This document shows positions 19,097 through 28,547 of a stretch of 64,000 nucleotides of DNA, in pieces (the stretch's first letter is position 1; each line of letters begins with the position of its first letter). Position numbers and translations under genes: made by a program. The notes beneath the pieces were generated by a model. The model was not told the origin of the DNA. It did no database searches and worked only from the letters and a program-made list of their open reading frames with translations. Source of the stretch: Promethearchaeota archaeon (GTDB taxonomy: Archaea; Asgardarchaeota; Lokiarchaeia; Sigyniarchaeales; SOKP01); contig JAFGGO010000158.1 of NCBI GenBank assembly GCA_016930515.1, forward strand, positions 1-64,000. The letters are read 5' to 3'.

Positions 19097-19500
19097 TTTA
19101 ATAGATAGTTATTTTTAGTTATGATCTTAAAATAGCGACAGTTAGTTATATTTTATGTTTTTATGCATCCTATCAAAATATACAATATCTTTAATTTTTC
19201 TTCATTCTCATCGTTTACAAAGAATAACCAATAGGAATTGCTTTCAAATCGCTTTTTGGAGCGTATTTTCCGTGATTTCTTTTAAAGTTTTTCATGGAAA
19301 GAAAAAATTTAAATAATTGGTCAATTTCTTTAAGAAGTGAAGGAAAAAGAAAAGTTTGATAAAATAATGAAAAGCTAAGAGCAAAGCCTCTTAATCAAAT
19401 ACTTAATATTATTCCTTTTAATTTGTATTAAATATTAACATTATTATTCTAAAAAGTAACATTATAGAAAGTATAACAAAAATATAGGAGTGCGTCTAAA

Positions 19501-22500
19501 ATTACCGCCGAAGAAGAAGGAAACATAAAGCAAGGTACGATCGCAGGTTTTATGAGGAAGCGTACTCAATTAGTAGGATTCGAAATGGGATATTGGAAGC
19601 ATGTCCAATATTGTTCTGAGTTCCTAGATAATGCTTTAGACGCAATCGAATCCTTTCAATGGAAAGAAATAGAAAAAAACGATTCGAACATATTATTTAC
19701 GCTAGATAAAGATCTCGAGCTTCAAAAATTATCGTTCAAACCGCGTCAAACGACCGAGGAAGTAAAACCCTCCGATGAAGAATCTGGCGAAATAATAAAT
19801 GAGGAACAAATCGAAGTAGAGGCGGAAGTGCAAAGGATTATTGATGATATGAACGACCTTATAAAACCAGCAGAATCTATAATTGATATAGAGCCCATTG
19901 TAATCCTCAGACTAAGGGAATCTGAGGCCTCTACTTATCTCACATCGGAAATAAGTAAAAAAAATATTATGAATTATACGTTTGAGATATTCGATAACGG
20001 TACGGGCATGTCCAAAAGCGATTTAAAAAAATTTGGAAAATACCTCGCCTCGTCAAAATCAATGGAACTAAAGCAAACTCGAGGAAGTCAAGGATTTGGT
20101 TCTCCCAGCGCTTTTAGCGATGCTCAAAATACAACCGGTAGACCAATAGTTGCAGTTTCAAAGTCAGCAAGTAGCATCTACGCCACCGTTTCGGAATTTT
20201 TTACGACTAGCAAAAACGAAAAAAAATACTTGGTTCATCCTTCTGAAGTTGATAGTCCTTTTATACATGGTACCTATGTTAAGCTTAATTATCTCAATGT
20301 AAAATACACGAGGGGCTATGTCGAGTATTACATCAAGGAAACCGCTTTTTTAAATCCCCACATCACGATAGTATATATTGATCCAACGGGGGAAGAATTC
20401 ATTCATCCTCGATTGGTTTCAGTATTTCCTAAAGAGCCAAAATATACGAAACCACATCCTTCTTCTACTAATATAGGAGATCTTCAAGATTTATTGACTA
20501 AATCTAATAATCTAACACTTTCTGCTTTTTTACAAGATAATTTTGTAAGAATAAGTTCCAAAACGGCTAAAGAAATCCTCGACTTTGCCTCAATAGAATT
20601 GCAAGATAGGATGGATTTGTTTATTCTCAAGGAGGGCTACATTACGAAACTGAATAAAAAAGCGGATTCAATCTACTATTTTCGAAATGAGGATCGAGTG
20701 TATGGAAAATCGACTAAACCACGAGAAAAATTAATTATTTATGAGATAACTGACGACCAATTAAAGAATGCATATTGGGAAATTATCAATAAATACGATC
20801 AATACAAGAAGGATCAAACCAAGCTCAATAAGAAAATAAAAAAAAACAACGATCTTATCGAAAAAACCGAAACAAAAAAAGAGATCAAAAAAATAGAGAC
20901 TAAAAACAAGGAATTTCTCGATGAAATCGAAAAAATAACCAAGGAAAAGGAGAACCTTAAGGATGAATTATATGCCTTAATAAAAAAAAGCGAAAAAGAC
21001 TTGAAAGAGGCAAAGAGTATTAAAAACCGTAATGATTTCGAAGAACTTGTCAATAATGTAGAAATCACTAAGGTTAAACCTACCAATTTAACAAATGATC
21101 AATTCAATAGTCTTTTTATGGCTTTCAAATCGATAAAATACATGTCACCTCCAACTGATACGGCCATTCCAGTGGGTGCATCTGTTTTAGAAAATTCGTT
21201 ATCAAAAGAGTTAAACTTGAAACTATCGGAAAATCCGGAGGATTTTGACAATCCCGTAGAAAATATAACTCAAATATCAACATACCTACAAAAAAAGAAA
21301 AGAGATTTCATAATAAATGATGATCCTCATTTAGATAAGGATTTAATTGAACATATCCTGCCATATCCCGAAGAAATAAATGAATTAAACACGAATATTC
21401 TGTCTGATATAGATATTAGTATAGAAAGTCAAGATTCTAAAAAATTTTTCGAAGATTTTATCTCACACGCCACGAAAGATCAAGGAGAATCCTACGAAGA
21501 TGTTCTTGAATTTTTTCTAAATAATTTTTCTAAGGATGATGACTTTATTGCTGCTGAAACCAGAAGTCCCACAAGTGGAAAAGGTTTGGCTTATGTTGTG
21601 GAGGCTGTCTTGGCATATTCGAAAAATATAGAAGTTCCCAAGCGTTCAAGAGATGTACTTTCCAGGTTCGTTAATAGAACTCCAAAACTCCGAGATAGTG
21701 CCGATTGTCAGATAACTAAGGCTGTACAAACAGTATCGTGGAAAAATTACAAGCTAGACATATACGATAATAATTTACCCAAGGGTCCAATAAAGCTTTT
21801 AGTAAATGTATCTGGGCCATTCGTTCATTTAATGTTTAAATCTCAGTCCAAAAATGCACTTGCTGACGATGATAATCTAGAAAAAGAAATTAAATATTGT
21901 CTCGAAGCGATTGGAAGAAAAATACGAATATATCTTAATAGAAAAGCATCTTTCCATCAAAGTCTCAAACGAGCAAATTTAATCGAAGGATATATCCCCA
22001 CTTTTTCCAAAAGTATTTACAATATTGCATCAAGAGGAGGGAAATATAAGGAAAAGGTAAAGCAAGCCGAACTGGAAAACTTAATGAAAGCAGCATTGAT
22101 TAAAAAGTCCACGCCACCAAGCAAGCAACTTGAACCTGCCCCTGAAGTGCAAGAAAAGGCAATTTTAAAGGAGAAAATCATAAAGGAAGAAATAAAAGCC
22201 GAACGCAAGCCAGAAGTCGTAAAAAAAATTGATAGACCTGCAGATGCATCCGTTAAAGTAAAATCTGCAGAAAAAACACCTCCTAAGGCAATTGAAGTCA
22301 AGAAGGAAAAAATAAAACCTCCAGAGGTCAAAAAAGAAGAAAAACCTGTCCCAATAAAAGAAAAAGAAATAAAACCAAAAAGTGTGAAACTTCCTCCTTC
22401 AAAGACTGTCCAGACTCAATTACAACCTAAAATTACGACTGATCGGATTATAGAAGCATTAACGAAAAAAGAATGGCAAAACATTAAAAATTTAATCTTT

Positions 22501-22632
22501 AAGTTGGAAATTAGGGACATGTTAGACGCAAGATACTTGCAAGTGAAATTAAAAGAATTAGAACGAAAAAAAATGGTTCTTGTTGATGTTCAAATGGGTA
22601 AAAAACATTGGAAATTACCTCAAATTAATTAG
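19501..22632 (+). CDS. top6B: DNA topoisomerase VI subunit B, with large insertions and C-terminal extension
   Basis: GHKL motifs EFLDNALDA, DNGTGM, QTRGSQGFG; KPHP; RFVNRTPKL; FKSQSKNAL; upstream of top6A. First ATG is 19552, but the frame stays open back to ATT 19501 behind AGGAG. Confidence 0.92.
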   Translation: MTAEEEGNIKQGTIAGFMRKRTQLVGFEMGYWKHVQYCSEFLDNALDAIESFQWKEIEKNDSNILFTLDKDLELQKLSFKPRQTTEEVKPSDEESGEIINEEQIEVEAEVQRIIDDMNDLIKPAESIIDIEPIVILRLRESEASTYLTSEISKKNIMNYTFEIFDNGTGMSKSDLKKFGKYLASSKSMELKQTRGSQGFGSPSAFSDAQNTTGRPIVAVSKSASSIYATVSEFFTTSKNEKKYLVHPSEVDSPFIHGTYVKLNYLNVKYTRGYVEYYIKETAFLNPHITIVYIDPTGEEFIHPRLVSVFPKEPKYTKPHPSSTNIGDLQDLLTKSNNLTLSAFLQDNFVRISSKTAKEILDFASIELQDRMDLFILKEGYITKLNKKADSIYYFRNEDRVYGKSTKPREKLIIYEITDDQLKNAYWEIINKYDQYKKDQTKLNKKIKKNNDLIEKTETKKEIKKIETKNKEFLDEIEKITKEKENLKDELYALIKKSEKDLKEAKSIKNRNDFEELVNNVEITKVKPTNLTNDQFNSLFMAFKSIKYMSPPTDTAIPVGASVLENSLSKELNLKLSENPEDFDNPVENITQISTYLQKKKRDFIINDDPHLDKDLIEHILPYPEEINELNTNILSDIDISIESQDSKKFFEDFISHATKDQGESYEDVLEFFLNNFSKDDDFIAAETRSPTSGKGLAYVVEAVLAYSKNIEVPKRSRDVLSRFVNRTPKLRDSADCQITKAVQTVSWKNYKLDIYDNNLPKGPIKLLVNVSGPFVHLMFKSQSKNALADDDNLEKEIKYCLEAIGRKIRIYLNRKASFHQSLKRANLIEGYIPTFSKSIYNIASRGGKYKEKVKQAELENLMKAALIKKSTPPSKQLEPAPEVQEKAILKEKIIKEEIKAERKPEVVKKIDRPADASVKVKSAEKTPPKAIEVKKEKIKPPEVKKEEKPVPIKEKEIKPKSVKLPPSKTVQTQLQPKITTDRIIEALTKKEWQNIKNLIFKLEIRDMLDARYLQVKLKELERKKMVLVDVQMGKKHWKLPQIN

Positions 22633-22642
22633 GAGTTGAATC

Positions 22643-23830
22643 ATGGCAAAAAAAAAAGAACAAGCAATAGCCGATTTAAAGGCAGCTAAGGAATTACTTA
22701 AAGATTACATAGATAAAGCTTATGAAAAGAAAAAAATCATGCTTCCAGAAGATACGATTAAGATCGATGATCTTAACAGAAAAGATACTCTTAATCGTAT
22801 ATTTGAAGTCACGGATGCCGTGATAGAAAAAATTTATCAAGGAGGAAGACCGTCAATCGAACTTCCATCCAGAACAAGTAATAACATAATTTGGGATGAA
22901 GAAAACGACCTGCTTCTCCTTGGAAAGCAAATTGTTGAAAAACATTTTCACTCCCTCACTAGCGTTGCTGATATCACGAGATTAATGAGGATACTTGATG
23001 TAGTCAGTGAACTACTTACGGAAGACATACACGCTACTAAGAGAGAAGTGTTTTATACTGATGTTAATCTATTTAAAGAACAAAAGAATAGTGACAAGGG
23101 GATTGAGGATGTTGCCACAATGCTTTATACAACTAGAAATTCCACGCATATCATTGCAGCCCCAAAAGGGTATTGTGTTGGAAGGTTAAGAATTAGAGAT
23201 CGAAACGATATTATAGATCTTGAGGGATTAGGAACTGGAGGCTGGACAATATCGCCAATGCTAGATAATATTGAAATCCTAGAATCCGATGCAGAATTCA
23301 TAATGGTAATAGAAAAAGACGCCGCAATGTTGCGTCTCGCAGAAGCGAGATTCTGGAGGACCTATCCATGTATTTTATTAACAGCCCAAGGAGTGGGAAA
23401 TGTAGCGGTGAGAATGTTTCTCAAAAGATTAAGTAAAGAATTGAATCTCCCTGTTTTCAGCTTGGTCGATAGCGATCCCTATGGACATTATATTCATTCT
23501 GTATATTTGAGAGGATCAAAGCGATTGAGCTATGAATCTCCGTTTCTCGCAACTCCAAACATAAAACTTTTAGGCGTTTTAACGAAAGATTTGGATGAAT
23601 ATAAGGTTCCCGAGAGAGTTAGAATTAAAATGAGTAAACAAGACGAAAAAAGAACGAAAGATTTACTAAACGAAGATTTCGTAAAAAAAAATAAGAAATG
23701 GGAAGAAGACCTCAAATTAGCATATAAATTGAAGGTAAAAGCAGAAATACAAGCCTTTGCCTCCCATGGATTTACATTCTTGACGGAAAAATACTTACCC
23801 GAAAAATTATCGACTGGAGATTGGATATGA
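22643..23830 (+). CDS. top6A: DNA topoisomerase VI subunit A
   Basis: TKREVFY (catalytic Tyr), VIEKDA and DSDPYG TOPRIM motifs, KAEIQA. Confidence 0.96.
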   Translation: MAKKKEQAIADLKAAKELLKDYIDKAYEKKKIMLPEDTIKIDDLNRKDTLNRIFEVTDAVIEKIYQGGRPSIELPSRTSNNIIWDEENDLLLLGKQIVEKHFHSLTSVADITRLMRILDVVSELLTEDIHATKREVFYTDVNLFKEQKNSDKGIEDVATMLYTTRNSTHIIAAPKGYCVGRLRIRDRNDIIDLEGLGTGGWTISPMLDNIEILESDAEFIMVIEKDAAMLRLAEARFWRTYPCILLTAQGVGNVAVRMFLKRLSKELNLPVFSLVDSDPYGHYIHSVYLRGSKRLSYESPFLATPNIKLLGVLTKDLDEYKVPERVRIKMSKQDEKRTKDLLNEDFVKKNKKWEEDLKLAYKLKVKAEIQAFASHGFTFLTEKYLPEKLSTGDWI

Positions 23831-24339
23831 AAATCTTTCAAAAAAAAGACGGAGGATATGTTCAACTCATAGGAAAAGAGAAAATGCTAGAATGGCCAAT
23901 TGAATTACCCCTGATTTTTATCGAATATGTTCGAACCAAGCTACTTGACAATTACGGCGAGTTGAAAAAACAAGTCGAAGAGTATCTCGACGAAATAATG
24001 GAAGATGTAGCTATTCCTCGTATGATTAGTGTTTTGAATGGTGATGATAAGGATGAAATAATCTCTGCTTTAACACGTATCGAAGAAATTTCAAAAAAAA
24101 ATGTTGAAATGGCTGAACCAATCAAAAAATATTTAGGGAACCTTTTAAAAAATAACAACAAAGAGATCGTCAAGCTCGCCGAAAATATATCAAAAAATTT
24201 TGAAAGTGCAGAAAGAAAGAAAACTGCAGCACAAAAGCGAAAAATTATGAGGGAAAAAGAACAATTATTCTTGGAAGGAAAGATTAGCGCAGAGGAATAC
24301 GCCAACTCTCGCAAAGATTACCTAACATTAAAGGAATGA
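23827..24339 (+). CDS. Hypothetical protein: HEAT-like helical pair plus C-terminal SHOCT-like motif
   Basis: AIPRMISVLNGDDKDEIISAL and LGNLLKNNNKEIVKLA (HEAT-like); LFLEGKISAEEYANSRKDYL (SHOCT-like); ATGA overlap with the top6A stop. Confidence 0.6.
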   Translation: MKIFQKKDGGYVQLIGKEKMLEWPIELPLIFIEYVRTKLLDNYGELKKQVEEYLDEIMEDVAIPRMISVLNGDDKDEIISALTRIEEISKKNVEMAEPIKKYLGNLLKNNNKEIVKLAENISKNFESAERKKTAAQKRKIMREKEQLFLEGKISAEEYANSRKDYLTLKE

Positions 24340-24371
24340 TCTCTTTTTCTAAAAACTCGTTTTTTCATTTA

Positions 24372-24926
24372 TCAAGAAAGAAAAAAGGATCTCCAGGCAT
24401 TTATAAGAGAAAACACTTTTCCAAACAAAATCTTCTCAGAATTCGTCAACCTTCGTTCGTTATCTGGTGATATAGGCGTTTTTGTCAATTTCAGTAGTTT
24501 TAGCAACCTACTATCCAGGATGTTAATGAGATAAGAATTGTAACGATCCATGTCCAAGCTAGGTCTGATACCCGCTTCTATCTCCTTTTTCGTGAAACTC
24601 TTGAACTCCTTTATTGTATTCAGAAAGAATGGTCTTTCTCGCCTAACGAGTTTTTGATCGTCTCGTTCAGAGATTGCGTATCTTTGAACATCTAGATTAT
24701 CGCATTTATCGCCAGCTGCAACCTTGAGTATGTTATTCTTAATGAAAGGGACGGCAATAAAAAACCTCAACTTGTATTCCTTGCCCTTTTCAAACGGGCC
24801 TATTTTTTTTCCTAAAATCGTGTATCCTCCGTGGTCTTTTACGCACTCGGTTTTGACTTCTCCATTCTGAAATGCGAAATTTTCTCTTTGGAGAACATCC
24901 ATAAAATTCCATTCAATTTGGTTCAA
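24372..24926 (-). CDS. gins23: GINS complex subunit Gins23 (Psf2/Psf3-like, B-A domain order)
   Basis: N-terminal B domain VKTECVKD...IGPFEKGKEYKLRFFIA; C-terminal RLLKLLKL...LTNSEKILF...WR; close to mcm. Confidence 0.75.
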   Translation of the reverse strand: MNQIEWNFMDVLQRENFAFQNGEVKTECVKDHGGYTILGKKIGPFEKGKEYKLRFFIAVPFIKNNILKVAAGDKCDNLDVQRYAISERDDQKLVRRERPFFLNTIKEFKSFTKKEIEAGIRPSLDMDRYNSYLINILDSRLLKLLKLTKTPISPDNERRLTNSEKILFGKVFSLINAWRSFFLS

Positions 24927-25043
24927 TTTATGAAATCACCAGAAATATAAAACAAAATTAAAATTATTATCTTAACAAAGAATAATAAGAGAAAAAAGTT
25001 TAATATTAACGATATAATATTCATTGTTTTTTGGTGAGAATTT

Positions 25044-28000
25044 ATGCTAATCGAAATTTTACTCCTCGTGATTTTTTTTGTATTTTTTTTAGTGGGTTTT
25101 TTTATAATCTATAAGCAAGTTGCACTGGTTAAAAAAGGAGAATTTAACATCAAGGACACCATTCAATGTATTATATATGGGGTCATCTTTGGAACTGCCG
25201 TAATGGTGGTAATGAGTATGGCATTTATTTTTGCTGTTAAATCGCAAGATTTTTGGAAAAATAGCCCTACTCCCCCTCCAGAAATTCATCCCCTTGCTCT
25301 ATTGGTCCCTTTTGTGTTTTGCTTGGCGTATATATCGATATATCCCCTAATAGATTTTTTATACATCGCACTAAGCAAGGAAACCGACGAGGGACTTACG
25401 CCCTTCCAGAAAATCATTAGTGAAAAATTTATTAATGTATCTAAAAGCAAGCTGATTTCTGTCCTCCTTTCTTTATTGCTGTATTTTGGATTATTTGTTC
25501 TTCCACCCTTGCTTTTAGCGCTTGCTGGCTTACCCTTCTTGATGATTTGGATTTCGTTTATGTTAGTCTATCCTATGCTTATATTGACTTTTTATGGTTC
25601 GAAAGGATATATAGCTGGCCTCTCTAATGCTTATTATCACATACCAGACATTAAGCGACAATCATTTTTAGGATTTGAATGCTCTAAACGTTCTCTAAAA
25701 CAATTCATATCGAATCCTGGACCGTTTATACTAATGGGTCTGATGTTATTCGTATTTGTTTGGGCTTGGATATCTATGATCCAAACAATTGCATTCTTTT
25801 TTACGCAAAAAATGGGATTTTCCACGATGTCCTCTGTGTTTGTATTTGTCACGCTATTATTTGGAATCATTGGATATTTCACGCGTTTTTGGGGAAGGAA
25901 GATCAAGTATCGAGGGATTGATATTTATTTTGCTGCTTATTTAATGGCTGCTATTGGTATAAATGTATTCGTTAATTTTTTAATCGTAAACGCTGACAAG
26001 CTGACGGTACTTAATTCTTGGGCAATAACGGGTCAAGCAATTCAAAACGCACCGATGTATTCTTTTGCAGCGGCAATTGAAGAAGTTGTTCTTATTATCT
26101 TCACATCATATTTTTTCTTAAAAACAAGTGCAAAATTCAATGTAAACATAAAATACTCAAAAATAACAGAATGCGGGCGAAAATTCGATCCAATACCTCT
26201 ATTTACCTTGATTAAGAATCGGAATCAAAAAATACAACAACACGCTGAAAGCACCATTTTAATGATGTTTGAGCGGATTCCCTTGAAAACTGGAGTTGAT
26301 CTCAACGATGATAAGTTTAAAAACTTCCTAATTGACGGAATATCAGATTTCAACGCAACTTCAAGGAGAATTTGTACTAAGGTGCTCTCACAATTGGAAA
26401 AAGACGCCCCCGAGGTCGTTCTTCCTTGGGTTCTCAAGTCGTTAAAATCTCCTAACTACGACCTATCTATTGGAGTTGCTCGTACCCTAATTGACTCGCC
26501 AGACTTGTTTTTAGAAAAAATTCCTGACGGCACAATAATTAAAATGATCAACGATTCTGAGTGGCGGTTAAAGCAAATTGGTTTGAAGATTGCTTCAAAA
26601 TTAATTGAAAATCGAGAAGAATTGCTTGCTAAATTAAATCTTAAGAATTTTTTAAATGATCCCGATGGTATCGTTCAAGCAGAAACTTTAAATATGATAT
26701 CTAAAACTAAACAAAAACTCTCGCTCGAGATCGTTTTCGAAAAGATAGCGAGTTCTAAGGAAGAAATACGCGCTGCTGCCGTGAACAACTTGAAGAATAT
26801 TGAAATCCATGACGACGATCCATTAATAATATCAAAAATTAAAACGCTAATAACAGATCCTAATAGTTCAGTAAGGGCGGCAGTTTTTGCACTATTAACG
26901 AAGGTTGAAAACCTTGAAGATTTACAAATACCCGTCGCCCCCTTTTTAGATGGTTTGACGGATGCTGACGAAAGAGTTCGAAATAATTCCGTTTTAGTGC
27001 TTGAAAAAATCTTTAACGAAGATTCCAAATCGTTTAAGATCGACGATGTCGTGCAAAAATTAAATCATGAAGATTTAAACATTGCCAATAGTGTTTTATC
27101 ATTGATGGGAAAGCTCTGGAAAAGAGATCCTAGGAAAATATTAAATCATCTCCTTTCTTTCATTAAATCTGATAACAAAGAGCTAAAAAACCTTGTTTCA
27201 AACATTCTTGTTGAAAAATATAAAGAAGACCCAAAACTTATTCTCAAGAACCTGATTGTTGTACCTGACGAATCCAAGTTCATAACTAAAGGAATCGTTG
27301 CAAATACCATCATTAAAATGGCAAGAACAAAACCTAAAAAAGTCATATCGAAGCTGTTGAAATATTCCGCTTCTGACGACCAAAATGTGGTTTTCAACGC
27401 CGTTTCTGCTTTAGGCGGGTTAGTAGATGAGCATGTGAATTTAATCAAGTTAAAACCCGTGATGAATGTTATGGAAAAGTCAAAGAGCGATAAAGTGATC
27501 AAAGAAGCTAATAAAATATTTCAGAAAGTAGCGAAGGAAAATCCCTCGTCCTTAGAACCCGTTCTTGACGACATTTTTGATTTCATGCTAAAACATGAAA
27601 CTTCCATCAAATTAGCCTTGCTCAAATCGATAATTGAAATAGCGAAAAATTCCCCTAATATTGTACCCGTACCTTCAGTAGCACAATTCTTGTCCGATGA
27701 GGATTCTTTCGTGAGAGAATCCGCTACTATCGTTCTTGGTTACCTCGGAAGCGAAAAATCATCAGAGATTCTGGATTATTTAATTAAAAAATCCCTTAAC
27801 GATGTGGAATGGAATGTTAGAGAAGCTGCTGTTGCTGGACTGGGTCATATAATGGAAAGAATTCAAGATAAAGGAGAAATTATTAAAACTCTCGTGAACT
27901 TGCTCGAAGACGAGCAAGGATGGGTTAGAAGATCCGCCATGAAAATCCTTTCGGAAATCCCCGATTTAGACGCCTCCTTTTTACCATTTGATAAACTCTC

Positions 28001-28397
28001 TTTGAATTTCACTCACGAAGAATCTAATGTGAGAGAAGCCTCTACTGATTTACTTCCACTTTATAGTGATAATATTGAAAAAGTTTTTGAGGTCATCGTA
28101 GCACTTCTCGGAGACGATGCAGAAGGCGTGAGATCTGGAGCCATTAACGCAGTCGTGGAAATTATAAACAAAATCGGACTAGATAAAATACTCTCTAAAC
28201 TCCTCCAAAACCTGTCTGATCAGGCTTCTTTAAACACCCAACGCTCTATTGCGCTCGTATTAGGACGAACCGCTAAATACAAGGACAATAAGACGAAAAA
28301 GAGAGTCGTTGCGCTCTTGAAGATCAGGTGCGAAATGTCACAAGATCCCGTCATTTGTAAGGTCTTGCACGACATTGGCGAAGGCTTGGGCACCTAA
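25044..28397 (+). CDS. Polytopic membrane protein with long C-terminal HEAT-repeat solenoid
   Basis: ~8-9 hydrophobic helices in the first ~360 aa, then many L-x-D-x-x-x-x-V-R repeats (DPNSSVRAA, DADERVRNN, DEDSFVRES, DVEWNVREAA, DEQGWVRRSA, DDAEGVRSGA). Confidence 0.8.
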   Translation: MLIEILLLVIFFVFFLVGFFIIYKQVALVKKGEFNIKDTIQCIIYGVIFGTAVMVVMSMAFIFAVKSQDFWKNSPTPPPEIHPLALLVPFVFCLAYISIYPLIDFLYIALSKETDEGLTPFQKIISEKFINVSKSKLISVLLSLLLYFGLFVLPPLLLALAGLPFLMIWISFMLVYPMLILTFYGSKGYIAGLSNAYYHIPDIKRQSFLGFECSKRSLKQFISNPGPFILMGLMLFVFVWAWISMIQTIAFFFTQKMGFSTMSSVFVFVTLLFGIIGYFTRFWGRKIKYRGIDIYFAAYLMAAIGINVFVNFLIVNADKLTVLNSWAITGQAIQNAPMYSFAAAIEEVVLIIFTSYFFLKTSAKFNVNIKYSKITECGRKFDPIPLFTLIKNRNQKIQQHAESTILMMFERIPLKTGVDLNDDKFKNFLIDGISDFNATSRRICTKVLSQLEKDAPEVVLPWVLKSLKSPNYDLSIGVARTLIDSPDLFLEKIPDGTIIKMINDSEWRLKQIGLKIASKLIENREELLAKLNLKNFLNDPDGIVQAETLNMISKTKQKLSLEIVFEKIASSKEEIRAAAVNNLKNIEIHDDDPLIISKIKTLITDPNSSVRAAVFALLTKVENLEDLQIPVAPFLDGLTDADERVRNNSVLVLEKIFNEDSKSFKIDDVVQKLNHEDLNIANSVLSLMGKLWKRDPRKILNHLLSFIKSDNKELKNLVSNILVEKYKEDPKLILKNLIVVPDESKFITKGIVANTIIKMARTKPKKVISKLLKYSASDDQNVVFNAVSALGGLVDEHVNLIKLKPVMNVMEKSKSDKVIKEANKIFQKVAKENPSSLEPVLDDIFDFMLKHETSIKLALLKSIIEIAKNSPNIVPVPSVAQFLSDEDSFVRESATIVLGYLGSEKSSEILDYLIKKSLNDVEWNVREAAVAGLGHIMERIQDKGEIIKTLVNLLEDEQGWVRRSAMKILSEIPDLDASFLPFDKLSLNFTHEESNVREASTDLLPLYSDNIEKVFEVIVALLGDDAEGVRSGAINAVVEIINKIGLDKILSKLLQNLSDQASLNTQRSIALVLGRTAKYKDNKTKKRVVALLKIRCEMSQDPVICKVLHDIGEGLGT

Positions 28398-28547
28398 ACA
28401 CAATTAGTAAACCTTCAAACCCCTCTTTTTTTCATATTCGAATCTATTCTCGTATTTTATTAAAATCATAATAATTTATCAGTTGATATTTTATGTTTTA
28501 AAATCATCAAAAATAACTAAGAATATTAAAACAAGAAAGCGTGTAAG

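Noticed and set aside
19100-19480. Possible replication origin (TTTTCATGGAAA resembles an ORB core) near replication genes
   Set aside because: Single weak match, no G-string, no repeated boxes and no cdc6/orc1 gene nearby
22430-22620. Z-alpha (Z-DNA binding) domain at the Top6B C-terminus
   Set aside because: Terminal W-x-L fits, but the N-x-x-L-Y recognition helix and the pre-Trp prolines are missing; kept only as a generic wHTH
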